A stretch of 31,501 bases of DNA from a virus. Its lineage: Duplodnaviria > Caudoviricetes. The notes under the pieces are model-generated. The model was not told the DNA's origin, made no database searches, and was given only the letters and a program-made list of their open reading frames with translations. This document shows positions 9,240 through 17,094 of the stretch, piece after piece (positions within the stretch are counted from its first letter, which is position 1; each line of letters starts with the position of its first letter). The stretch is taken from the IMG/VR virus record IMGVR_UViG_3300017713_000042, positions 1 through 31,501 of that record; one strand, given 5' to 3'. The position numbers and the translations under genes were made by a program.

Positions 9240-9428
9240 ATGATTCATGTTTTTTTGTTGTTTGTATTTGTTGGCATTGGTGAGGAAAAGCGTCTTACCA
9301 GTAATGATATGCACTTTCGCTCTGTCGATGACTGCGTGTATTTCGCTCAACGATTGCACAAGCAAGGCGGCAACATCACCGCTTACTGTTTGCCAAAAAT
9401 GGTAGATGAAAATACGAGGGTATATTGA
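9240..9428 (+). CDS. Hypothetical small protein with hydrophobic N-terminus and two Cys
   Basis: Coupled ORF within the lysis cluster. Confidence 0.55.
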   Translation: MIHVFLLFVFVGIGEEKRLTSNDMHFRSVDDCVYFAQRLHKQGGNITAYCLPKMVDENTRVY

Positions 9429-9814
9429 TGTACGAATATGCTGTGAAAGAAGTCGTAAGGGTCGTGGATGGCGATACTGTTGATGTGGTAATTGATCTTG
9501 GTTTCAGTCTTACCAAGAAAGAGAGAGTAAGGCTAGCTGGTATAGATGCGCCAGAGAGCAGAACCACAGACCTTGAGGAGAAAGAACTTGGGCTTGATGC
9601 CAAAGAGTTCTTGGAGCGACGACTTGGTGATTGCCCTAACTTGAAGGTTAAGACTGAGAAAGATGGGAAATATGGTCGTATGCTTGGCTGGTTGATATGC
9701 GGTCAAATGAACATCAACAAAGAAATGATCACCCGTGGTTATGCTTGGGCATATGATGGGGGCAGCAGAAGCAAAGACCTTGAGGCGTTAAAACAGATAA
9801 GGGGGCTTGTATGA
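9428..9814 (+). CDS. Thermonuclease (staphylococcal nuclease family)
   Basis: VVDGDTVD...RVRLAGIDAPE...GKYGRMLG...N.EMI..GYA..Y.GG. Confidence 0.9.
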   Translation: MYEYAVKEVVRVVDGDTVDVVIDLGFSLTKKERVRLAGIDAPESRTTDLEEKELGLDAKEFLERRLGDCPNLKVKTEKDGKYGRMLGWLICGQMNINKEMITRGYAWAYDGGSRSKDLEALKQIRGLV

Positions 9815-10197
9815 TACAGGCGTTGATTGGCCCTATCAGTGGGCTTGTTGGATCGTGGATGGATAAGAAGACTGAGGAGCAGCGAGGCAAGTCTGCTGTT
9901 GCTAAAGCCAAGGCAGAAGCGGAAGCTGCCGTCATGGTTTCAGCGGCTACATCAACAGCCGACTGGGAAAAGTTGATGGCCAAAGGCAGTCAATCCTCAT
10001 GGAAAGATGAGTGGCTCACCATTTTGTTTTCAATCCCATTGATTCTTGCGTTCTGTGGGGATTGGGGCAGAGGCATTGTAGCTCAAGGCTTCACCGCTTT
10101 GGAAGCTATGCCCGATTATTATCAATATACTTTGGGTGTAATCGTTAGTGCCAGCTTCGCAGTAAGGTCAGCAACAAAGTTTTTCGGCAAAAAATGA
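9811..10197 (+). CDS. Putative holin (GTA 3TM-holin-like)
   Basis: SSWKDEW, two C-terminal hydrophobic segments, P..YQY.L..IVSASF.VR, basic C-terminus. Confidence 0.7.
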   Translation: MIQALIGPISGLVGSWMDKKTEEQRGKSAVAKAKAEAEAAVMVSAATSTADWEKLMAKGSQSSWKDEWLTILFSIPLILAFCGDWGRGIVAQGFTALEAMPDYYQYTLGVIVSASFAVRSATKFFGKK

Positions 10198-10532
10198 GCA
10201 AGAAGGTTCACAAGGTCAGCTTCCTATCCAACAAGCAGAATACTCGCCTTGGTGGACTCATTGCCGTTTTAGGCGACAGGGAGCCGTATGACTGGATTTT
10301 AGGTGGGTTGGTACAAGAAGGGTTCGTAGAGCGTGTAGAGGGGGCTTTGAGGCTCACTGAGAGGGGTGTTAAGGAGAAGGATAGGCTGGCAACCCTAGCT
10401 GGCCTGATGGTGGAGAAAGATAGGGCCGCACCTCTGCCCCCCAAATCAACGGAACGGCTCACCCGCAATCCAACAGACCAGCGACCACCTAACACCCTTA
10501 GTGACAGGCAGGACTCTGTGGGAGAGGTATGA
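10194..10532 (+). CDS. Hypothetical protein with winged-helix-like segment
   Basis: ATGA-coupled; LVQEGFVER....LRLTERG; the 3' end overlaps the convergent oxygenase gene. Confidence 0.5.
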   Translation: MSKKVHKVSFLSNKQNTRLGGLIAVLGDREPYDWILGGLVQEGFVERVEGALRLTERGVKEKDRLATLAGLMVEKDRAAPLPPKSTERLTRNPTDQRPPNTLSDRQDSVGEV

Positions 10533-11021
10533 GGGGAAGGCTATAGCGGTTCCTAAATCTGGCTTTATGTCAGTCTCTCCATCTGTAAAAAAAGCCAACT
10601 CACCGCCCTCATAATCATCATTTAGCAGTATGGATACGCTTATCTTGCGTGTAGAGGCATCGCCCATCCCTATATCTAGATGCCAATCATATCCTTTTGA
10701 TGGTGCGGAATACTTCAATAGCTGTGGACGCTCCAACAATCCTGTGATGTTGAAGTCAAACTGGTCATTGGCGAGTTTGGCGCAATTAATAATAAGCTCA
10801 TCAACCCAACTGTGAAATTCATGGATTATGTAAACATCTGTTTGCCTTACACCTACGTTCACAACATTTGAATTATCTTTTTGTATTCTACCCTGCACAG
10901 ACAGGTTTCGTGAATCCTTGTGAAGTTCTATGATGGATGCACAAGATGAAAGGCTGATTTGATCAGCGGCCATCACACCCACTTCTTTGTCTCGTAATTT
11001 AGGCGGTATCGCATAAGCCAT
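10446..11021 (-). CDS. 2OG-Fe(II) oxygenase (PKHD/prolyl-hydroxylase-like)
   Basis: HxD (WHLD), RKIS...LN.DYEGGEL, FPS...HRV.PVTKG.RWSLV.W..G. Confidence 0.92.
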   Translation of the reverse strand: MAYAIPPKLRDKEVGVMAADQISLSSCASIIELHKDSRNLSVQGRIQKDNSNVVNVGVRQTDVYIIHEFHSWVDELIINCAKLANDQFDFNITGLLERPQLLKYSAPSKGYDWHLDIGMGDASTRKISVSILLNDDYEGGELAFFTDGETDIKPDLGTAIAFPSYLSHRVLPVTKGVRWSLVCWIAGEPFR

Positions 11022-11447
11022 CTATTGCTCCTTATAAAAAATATGTTTTGCAATTTTGCGTACAGGTTGTTTCACACTTGCCCATTCTGGCTCTACATAA
11101 TCAGCGTGGTAATACACCGCCCCTTGTGTGGGATCGTATATCTGCCCGTGGTAAACGCCCCAAGCTATAGATTCAGCCCAGAATAGAGCGTCCTTATCTG
11201 TAGGTTTATCGCTTTTACCATCACAATAAAAACTGAATTGGCACTGGTGGCGAATGGGCAGATCGGGCTTGCTTTTATATGTTTCCCCTTGTGTGACCAC
11301 GCCGCAAACCGTATCAGGGAAGTCTTGGCTTTCCACCCTGTTCATTATCACATGGGCAACAGCTATCTGCCCCACTGTTGGTTCTCCTCTGGACTCAAAA
11401 TAAATTGCCATCGCCAGACAGGCTAAAGGTTCAAGAAACATTGCCAC
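11022..11447 (-). CDS. Cell wall hydrolase (SleB/Hydrolase_2 family)
   Basis: CLA.AIYFESRGEP..GQIAVA.VI.NRV....FPDTVCGVV.Q...CQFSFYCDGKSD...HIFY. Confidence 0.92.
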   Translation of the reverse strand: MAMFLEPLACLAMAIYFESRGEPTVGQIAVAHVIMNRVESQDFPDTVCGVVTQGETYKSKPDLPIRHQCQFSFYCDGKSDKPTDKDALFWAESIAWGVYHGQIYDPTQGAVYYHADYVEPEWASVKQPVRKIAKHIFYKEQ

Positions 11448-11450
11448 CCC

Positions 11451-11612
11451 CTAGAATCCAATCATTTGAGGTATTGTCGCGCAGTGTTCCAACTGTGTCC
11501 ACAATAAGGCATCACACTGCATGATTGTGTTCACTATGGCCATGAACAAAGCCAAAAACAAAAAGTAGGCGATTCCAAAGGCGGCAATAGCGGTCATCAC
11601 CTTTGCAATCAT
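11451..11612 (-). CDS. Small membrane protein
   Basis: ATG 11612 with GGGGG SD; hydrophobic N-terminal half (MIAKVMTAIAAFGIAYFLFLALFMAIV). Confidence 0.55.
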   Translation of the reverse strand: MIAKVMTAIAAFGIAYFLFLALFMAIVNTIMQCDALLWTQLEHCATIPQMIGF

Positions 11613-11649
11613 AAACCCCCCGCCGTAGCGAGGGGATTTGCTGTTACGC

Positions 11650-11889
11650 CTAGTCATCATCTGGCATTGCCATATGGATGGCAAAATCAAGGGTCTGCAA
11701 CAATGTAGGCTCAAATCCAAACTTGCCTTTAATTAACTTCTGCAATGGACGCAGCTTGGTTCCTACCTGTGAGATTTCCGTGGGGGTAAAGTCCTGCATT
11801 TTGCGAGGACGCCCAATCTTCTTTGGGGCGGCTTTTGCTTCAGGTTTAATCTTTGCAACTTTATTAGTAGTTTTAATCGTGGGTTCCAT
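11650..11889 (-). CDS. Small basic protein with AT-hook-like motif
   Basis: AGGAGG SD before ATG 11889; KKIGRPRK. Confidence 0.65.
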   Translation of the reverse strand: MEPTIKTTNKVAKIKPEAKAAPKKIGRPRKMQDFTPTEISQVGTKLRPLQKLIKGKFGFEPTLLQTLDFAIHMAMPDDD

Positions 11890-11902
11890 ATGGACCTCCT
11901 GT

Positions 11903-12136
11903 TTATGAATTGGTGAGAACACTGTGTCCTCTACCTTCAAGGCACTTCTCCAGCATTGGATCGTGGCCTAGCAATGGCTTGTGCCATAAGCTTCTGTTGT
12001 CTTTAATGATCTGCTTACACTCCTGCAAATCACGCTGGTATAGCTGCGCTGTGTCGCCGCTGGTGCGTAGGTCCACAACAACGGGGGATGTACAGGCAGT
12101 CATGGATAGGGCGGCTATCAAAACAAACGGTTTCAT
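11903..12136 (-). CDS. Putative lipoprotein
   Basis: Signal peptide with lipobox-like MTAC; additional Cys pair. Confidence 0.7.
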   Translation of the reverse strand: MKPFVLIAALSMTACTSPVVVDLRTSGDTAQLYQRDLQECKQIIKDNRSLWHKPLLGHDPMLEKCLEGRGHSVLTNS

Positions 12137-12357
12137 GCTGTCGCCCTTTCCATTTGGTTAATGAATGCTTTGAACTCTTCAAAGGTCATCCATCTGTAGG
12201 GTGAGTGGTTCGTAGTAAATACCACCTTGTTCGGCTCAATACGGCTCACAATGTTGTGCCAAGCCTTGCGTATCCCATCGTCATACTCATCAACCTCTGG
12301 CTTGTAGAGGTATCCTTTGTAGGAATGCTCAGGCGCGTTGTGCCAACTTATCATCAT
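12133..12357 (-). CDS. Hypothetical protein
   Basis: GGAG SD; ATGA overlap with the downstream gene. Confidence 0.65.
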   Translation of the reverse strand: MMISWHNAPEHSYKGYLYKPEVDEYDDGIRKAWHNIVSRIEPNKVVFTTNHSPYRWMTFEEFKAFINQMERATA

Positions 12358-12535
12358 GCTTCTCCATTAGCAGTTTCATGGTCAAGGCCATTCGTGGTGT
12401 TACAGTTCGGCTGCCCGTTTCAATGCGGCAGATCATAGAGCGTGATGTATAGCCTAGTAGTTTTGCCATATCATTTTGTGATAGCCCCATGCGGTTCCGC
12501 ATTGATCTGAACTCATTGCCATCCATCTTGTTCAT
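12329..12535 (-). CDS. XRE/Cro-CI family HTH protein
   Basis: R.MR.RMGLSQ.DMA.LLGY.SRS.I.RIETG.R; start inferred at ATG 12535. Confidence 0.85.
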   Translation of the reverse strand: MNKMDGNEFRSMRNRMGLSQNDMAKLLGYTSRSMICRIETGSRTVTPRMALTMKLLMEKHDDKLAQRA

Positions 12536-12773
12536 GGTGAATAATGCCCTCTTCAATCTTGTTATCTAGCGGCGCAATTACCTCTGCTAGAATATCATCT
12601 AATTTGGCGATAACATCTGTAAGGAACTCATCATTGTAGGCCATAGCTCCTTGGTCTTGAAATTGTGCTGCTGTTTTTATGGCGTTATGGATTTCTGAGC
12701 GAAGCGTCATTGTGATGTTCATGTCATTGTGACAATCATCAATGATTGCTTGATCTACATACTCATTAGTCAT
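12513..12773 (-). CDS. Hypothetical acidic protein, first gene of an early cassette
   Basis: Preceded by the AACCACGGAG leader and the repeated promoter. Confidence 0.75.
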   Translation of the reverse strand: MTNEYVDQAIIDDCHNDMNITMTLRSEIHNAIKTAAQFQDQGAMAYNDEFLTDVIAKLDDILAEVIAPLDNKIEEGIIHHEQDGWQ

Positions 12774-12779
12774 TTTGGC

Positions 12780-12838
12780 CTCCGTGGTTTACTAAACTTA
12801 CTTTATTAAGATACTGCTTCTGTTTACCATTGTCAACA
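12780..12838 (-). promoter_or_regulatory. Early sigma70-type promoter/operator copy 1 plus leader
   Basis: TTGACA (12836-12831)-17 bp-TATCTT (12813-12808); palindrome at 12821-12838; AACCACGGAG at 12789-12780. Confidence 0.85.
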
Positions 12839-12863
12839 GTGGTTATTCAGATTAGCCAAGTTT

Positions 12864-13496
12864 TTAAAATTTCCTGCTGTGGTTGCGGATCATTTGACGA
12901 TCAATCCGTTTGCCAAACTGATTGCGTTTGCCAGCCAATAATCGTTCACTTCTTAACTCGCGGCTGAGATGCTGCTTGGCCTGTTCTTTGGTCAACTTGA
13001 AATCTAAGATTAATGTGTTGATTTGGTTCACAAACTCCTTTGCGCCTCCTAACATCTTAGACATTTCAGATATGGTTAGCTGCTCATCGTCACATTCAGC
13101 TTTATATTTTTCAGAGAGTTGCCTCTGTTCTGTTTCGTGGGTCATTGGAATATCGCGATAAAGTTCTGCTGGTATTAGCCAGCATTGACCAGTTGGTGCC
13201 TTGCAATTTTGGCCTGATTTCCAAAAAGATTTTCCCGCCCACGCCTCATGATCATGGTCAACGACAATGCGTCCTCTGTCAGTGATTGCCACAATTTTAG
13301 TAATATGCGGCTTCATCATTGTGTGATGAGAGGCTGTGTGCAGAACCACAACCACATCTCCAACTTCAGGCGGGTTATGTTTATGATATTCACGGGTGGC
13401 TTCCATATCCGCTTCTTTGTCGCGCATTTTGTAACGCCAGTTCATCCAATTATCGCCACCCTCTAGGCCTCTAATTTTTTCAAGCTCCAGCATCAT
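12864..13496 (-). CDS. Hypothetical protein
   Basis: About 210-aa ORF within the leftward operon; start inferred. Confidence 0.7.
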   Translation of the reverse strand: MMLELEKIRGLEGGDNWMNWRYKMRDKEADMEATREYHKHNPPEVGDVVVVLHTASHHTMMKPHITKIVAITDRGRIVVDHDHEAWAGKSFWKSGQNCKAPTGQCWLIPAELYRDIPMTHETEQRQLSEKYKAECDDEQLTISEMSKMLGGAKEFVNQINTLILDFKLTKEQAKQHLSRELRSERLLAGKRNQFGKRIDRQMIRNHSRKF

Positions 13497-13758
13497 CAGG
13501 CATCCCTTCATCAACCTCATAATTTATGTCGTGATATTCACAGTATCCAATAATTGAATACAAAAGATTGCTGGGATCATGCCAAGCGTAAATCATGACA
13601 TGGGGATTCCCATTATCATCTTTGATTAGGTTCAACCAATAATCGCCGCCTCTGTTAGACCAACTAAAAAGCCTGTCATTATCTGCTAATGTGCAGAACT
13701 CACCCGCTACACTGGAAAGGTAACTGAGTGTCCAGCTAAACATATTCACTTTGGTCAT
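13480..13758 (-). CDS. Hypothetical protein
   Basis: AGGAG SD before ATG 13758. Confidence 0.7.
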   Translation of the reverse strand: MTKVNMFSWTLSYLSSVAGEFCTLADNDRLFSWSNRGGDYWLNLIKDDNGNPHVMIYAWHDPSNLLYSIIGYCEYHDINYEVDEGMPDDAGA

Positions 13759-14131
13759 TCGCAAATCTCCTGTCCCAGATACCCTTTTGGCGTTCAGTCC
13801 AGCCGTAGCTATCCATAGCACGGCGCATTATACGCTCGGCTGTATCAGTCCATACTAAGGCGTTCTCCCTTGCCCATATCCAAGCATATAGTTCTTTGGT
13901 TAATGTGCTGATGTTCCTGCCTTGTCGCTGGCCAACGATGTGTCCAATCTCATGCAGGGCAGACACATAGTATCCTGTGTTGGCGGTTGGTCGTATGTGG
14001 ATGATGCGCCTATCAGGAATTGCATAGTATCGCGGGGTGGCCTCTCCTAAGCTCTGGAACGTAACGCCGATGTTAAGTGCGGCGCATAGTTCCTGTACAT
14101 GAATGGCCATATCTATTCTTTTAACGGGCAT
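13736..14131 (-). CDS. Putative zinc metallopeptidase-like protein (HExxH)
   Basis: SALHEIGH followed by a downstream E (KELYAW); GAGG SD. Confidence 0.6.
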   Translation of the reverse strand: MPVKRIDMAIHVQELCAALNIGVTFQSLGEATPRYYAIPDRRIIHIRPTANTGYYVSALHEIGHIVGQRQGRNISTLTKELYAWIWARENALVWTDTAERIMRRAMDSYGWTERQKGIWDRRFANDQSEYV

Positions 14132-14462
14132 ACTTAACCCCCTCAATCATGTGATCCAAAACCTCAATCATTTGATCAAAATAAACATCATCATATGAGT
14201 CGCAGACTTTCACTTCGCCTTTGCGAATTTTTACAGTCTCTATTGTGTAGGTGTCATTGAACATCAGGTTAATCATGACCAACCCTTTGTGCTTCAACCC
14301 CCTGCAACGAAACTGGAACCCACCATGCCGTTTGTCGTTTTCATTTAACGCAACAAAATCATAAGCCCCATAACTCATCAATGCTGTTGGGGATTGCGCT
14401 ACAATCTGGTGCTGAATGGTTTTTGCAATATGCAGTGTTGGTGTATCTGGGATGTATGCCAT
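14121..14462 (-). CDS. Hypothetical protein, first gene of an early cassette
   Basis: Preceded by the AACCACGGAG leader and the repeated promoter. Confidence 0.75.
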   Translation of the reverse strand: MAYIPDTPTLHIAKTIQHQIVAQSPTALMSYGAYDFVALNENDKRHGGFQFRCRGLKHKGLVMINLMFNDTYTIETVKIRKGEVKVCDSYDDVYFDQMIEVLDHMIEGVKYAR

Positions 14463-14468
14463 TTCGGT

Positions 14469-14529
14469 CTCCGTGGTTTGCTTATTTGCTATACAGATAA
14501 GATAACTATCCTGTTTACCATTGTCAACA
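14469..14529 (-). promoter_or_regulatory. Early promoter/operator copy 2 plus leader
   Basis: TTGACA (14527-14522)-17 bp-TATCTT (14504-14499); palindrome at 14512-14529; AACCACGGAG at 14478-14469. Confidence 0.85.
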
Positions 14530-14549
14530 CAATATTTAACATTAAGTGA

Positions 14550-14789
14550 TTATTCTTCATTTTTTATTCTGATGGGCTTTAGTGTATATCCAAGATAGTT
14601 CAGAGCGGCTTCAAGATCATTGACGCGAGGAGAGTATCTTGTACGCCAATTTCTAAGGGTATCTCGATGCAATCCCACTCGTTCTGATAAATCCATTTGA
14701 CAGCATCGCTGCCTGTGCATCTCTTCAAAAAGAAATCGCACAGCGGGGTTGCCGTTCACTATGGTTGGTCTGTATCTAAATTTTCTCAT
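14550..14789 (-). CDS. HTH (XRE-like) protein
   Basis: Q.DLSERVGL.RDTLRNW.....PRVNDLEAALNYLGY.L. Confidence 0.8.
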   Translation of the reverse strand: MRKFRYRPTIVNGNPAVRFLFEEMHRQRCCQMDLSERVGLHRDTLRNWRTRYSPRVNDLEAALNYLGYTLKPIRIKNEE

Positions 14790-14793
14790 ATGT

Positions 14794-14832
14794 GAAAAGG
14801 GACGGTAGCAAATGTTATAAAAGCTACCGTCC
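14794..14832 (-). terminator. Hairpin, possible intrinsic terminator/attenuator
   Basis: Perfect 10-bp stem GGACGGTAGC/GCTACCGTCC (14800-14809, 14823-14832), followed by CTTTT on the minus strand. Confidence 0.6.
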
Positions 14833-14846
14833 GAGTCAGGGAGGAA

Positions 14847-15041
14847 TTAGAAGTCAGCCAGAGCTTCAATGAAGCTATCCAGCTTCTTCTTATCCCAGAC
14901 TATACGTCTTTTGCTTATCTGTATAGGTTTTGGAGCCTCGCCATTCTTTACCATACGTTTGAATGTTGCGCTGCTAACGCCAATGTAAGAGGCGGCATCA
15001 TCTAATTTCAAACATCTTTGCTCATGATCCATAACTCTCAT
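14847..15041 (-). CDS. AlpA/excisionase-like DNA-binding protein
   Basis: L.L.DAA.YIGVS.ATF.RMVK.G..PKP..IS.RR..WD...LD.FI. Confidence 0.8.
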   Translation of the reverse strand: MRVMDHEQRCLKLDDAASYIGVSSATFKRMVKNGEAPKPIQISKRRIVWDKKKLDSFIEALADF

Positions 15042-15042
15042 C

Positions 15043-15366
15043 CTATATTTTTATAGCTCGGTGATTAGCTGACATACTGCGCCACGCTTCAATCTTTGCT
15101 TCAGCAGCCACTCTTGTGAATCTCATTTTTTCATCAATGGCTATGGCTTGCTTCATGGCGTTCAAGTGATCTGCGTATCTTTGATCTGCGTATGCTTCTC
15201 GCTCCTGAGCGTTTACTGACAAATCCAAGTGTTCCTTCATAATCAAGGCCTTCAATGACTTGCGGAACTCATCCATATATATTCTGTTGGCCCTAGCTTG
15301 TGCGGCGGCATTGGCGTTGTCTCTTAGGTAATCAATAGCCTTTTCAACATCATCATCTGTTATCAT
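15043..15366 (-). CDS. Helical phage protein in the recombination module
   Basis: AQEREAYA...Y...IEAWRS.SAN.R; AGGA SD. Confidence 0.7.
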   Translation of the reverse strand: MITDDDVEKAIDYLRDNANAAAQARANRIYMDEFRKSLKALIMKEHLDLSVNAQEREAYADQRYADHLNAMKQAIAIDEKMRFTRVAAEAKIEAWRSMSANHRAIKI

Positions 15367-15368
15367 TC

Positions 15369-15683
15369 CTATTCTCCATCATCATTGTATGGACTGATGC
15401 TCCAAATAGATTCAGCCGTGGTTTTTCCAAAATCGCTATCACCAACTTGCTCCTCAAAGAACGCCTGTTCATCACCTCTGTTATGCAGCATTGAATGATG
15501 GCTTTGGCATAGGGGTATTAAGTTCCTGTCTGTAGCCTTTAATCCCATGCCTCTAACTCCCTGCCACGGCCTCAACAGGTGATGCGCTTGCACAGGGCCA
15601 AAGCAATCTCCATTGCTCTGCAAGCAGCACTCAAACTGGTGAACCCAGCTCAAGTGCTTTTTGTTTGTGTATCTCTTTGGCAT
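15369..15683 (-). CDS. HNH-like/DUF968 (Ref-like) nuclease
   Basis: HL.WV....CC...QAHHL...GMGLKA.D...IPLC..HH..LH..G.E..F. Confidence 0.75.
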   Translation of the reverse strand: MPKRYTNKKHLSWVHQFECCLQSNGDCFGPVQAHHLLRPWQGVRGMGLKATDRNLIPLCQSHHSMLHNRGDEQAFFEEQVGDSDFGKTTAESIWSISPYNDDGE

Positions 15684-16072
15684 TAGAACGGAATATCATC
15701 AAGATCAGGGGTGCTATCAACAACTGGCAGTTTTTCTGTTGATTCTGACGCACTTTCTTTCTTAGGCGATAAACTGGCCACCGTGATTGGATTGCCGTTC
15801 TGGCTGGTTTTTTTGCGTAGCCAGATTGTGTATTCACCATTCCCTACATCTAAATTCCCTTGAGCATCAAAGTCCTTATCTTCACCAGCTACAAAGGCCA
15901 CACCGACTTGCTTGTGTATTTCATAGACTGTGTTGCCTTTCTTGGTAACGCATTTGACTAGGATCAAATTGTGATCAAAGCCCTCAATGTCTATTTTACC
16001 TTGGCGTATAATATCCATTGATCCCGCTGGAAACATTACGCCTGAGTTGGTGTTGTCATATTCTTTATCCAT
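15683..16072 (-). CDS. Putative single-stranded DNA-binding protein
   Basis: Acidic tail DLDDIPF; YDNTNSG..F N-terminus; near the ERF gene; GGAG SD before ATG 16072. Confidence 0.65.
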   Translation of the reverse strand: MDKEYDNTNSGVMFPAGSMDIIRQGKIDIEGFDHNLILVKCVTKKGNTVYEIHKQVGVAFVAGEDKDFDAQGNLDVGNGEYTIWLRKKTSQNGNPITVASLSPKKESASESTEKLPVVDSTPDLDDIPF

Positions 16073-16397
16073 TGATCGCTCCTTCTGGATAATATTCAGA
16101 TGCCCACATGACCATCTGTTGTCTGCCACTGGCACCTTTGACTTTTGTGCCATCTACAATCACAAGCCCTTTTTCTTTAAGCTGTTTGTATCTAGCGGTC
16201 ACAGTGCTATAACGATGTCGCGGCAGGGCATCGCAGACTTGATCTGATATGCACCCTGTCGCACCAAACTTCCTTATTTCGTTAAGCACAACTAATTCCA
16301 TTGCGCTGGCTACTATAGAGGCGGCGGCGTCATGGCTTGTTGATGGATCGTCTCGCCTAACTAGCTTATAGGCTGGGGTGTCAAACAAATCACTCAT
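16065..16397 (-). CDS. Winged-helix DNA-binding protein
   Basis: RRDDPSTSHDAA...TAR..QL.EKGLV...G....G.SGRQQ.V.W. Confidence 0.7.
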   Translation of the reverse strand: MSDLFDTPAYKLVRRDDPSTSHDAAASIVASAMELVVLNEIRKFGATGCISDQVCDALPRHRYSTVTARYKQLKEKGLVIVDGTKVKGASGRQQMVMWASEYYPEGAING

Positions 16398-17094
16398 TGC
16401 TCATCCCCAAGCTATCTATTGAAGAAAGCATCTTAGCCTTGGCATTATCATTCATTGTTTGATGATCTTTTACCTCTGACCTAACCCGCACGACCTCTTG
16501 ACGGTTAAGATTATTATCCCTGTTACCTTTGGTCTTCATGTGCTTGCCCCAAGTCTCAAGCTCTGTAAATCGCCTAGATTCAGCTTCTGCCTCAAACACC
16601 CTGTATGGTGGTCCAGCATAATCAAAGGCCACTGGTTGCGGCTTATTCGGCGTTTTAGGGGGTGATATGATGTTACCCTCATTGCCGCTGGCCACGTTGC
16701 CATCATCCTCAAAGTCAGCCTCAAGGTTTAACATGGCTTGTATGTGGTATCGGCGCATATAGGTTATGCCAGAGCCAATCTCTTGTGGCTTTGTACCGCT
16801 ATCACCAATAGCGGTGTCTGATTGCATCCATTGACCACTTGCAATGTGTACTAGCGTGGTGCTGACCATATTGTAGGTTCCATCAAATGCTGTGCTGTAA
16901 AAGACCTCAATGCCGTTTTCCCATAAGGCATCCTTACAGGCGGTGAAGATATCATCTAGTGTTGAGAACAGGTGAGGCTTGCCAGCTTTGCTTTTGAAGT
17001 AATAATTCTGGCCATTCTTCTCCAGTTCTTTGAATCCCTTACGGGCTGCGTGTAATGCGGTGAGCAATTCACCAATCTGTTCACTGCTTTTCAT
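16390..17094 (-). CDS. erf: ERF-family single-strand annealing recombinase
   Basis: L.H.ASGQW..S...PQ.IGSGITYMRRY...AML.L..D.EDDGN. Confidence 0.88.
   Translation of the reverse strand: MKSSEQIGELLTALHAARKGFKELEKNGQNYYFKSKAGKPHLFSTLDDIFTACKDALWENGIEVFYSTAFDGTYNMVSTTLVHIASGQWMQSDTAIGDSGTKPQEIGSGITYMRRYHIQAMLNLEADFEDDGNVASGNEGNIISPPKTPNKPQPVAFDYAGPPYRVFEAEAESRRFTELETWGKHMKTKGNRDNNLNRQEVVRVRSEVKDHQTMNDNAKAKMLSSIDSLGMSNE

Noticed and set aside
10446-11021. TET/JBP-type DNA base hydroxylase
   Set aside because: Motifs match PKHD/prolyl-hydroxylase-like enzymes; no adjacent methylase or glycosyltransferase
14847-15041. Evidence for lysogeny from the excisionase-like gene
   Set aside because: No integrase or CI-type repressor with a peptidase domain in the window; lifestyle cannot be determined
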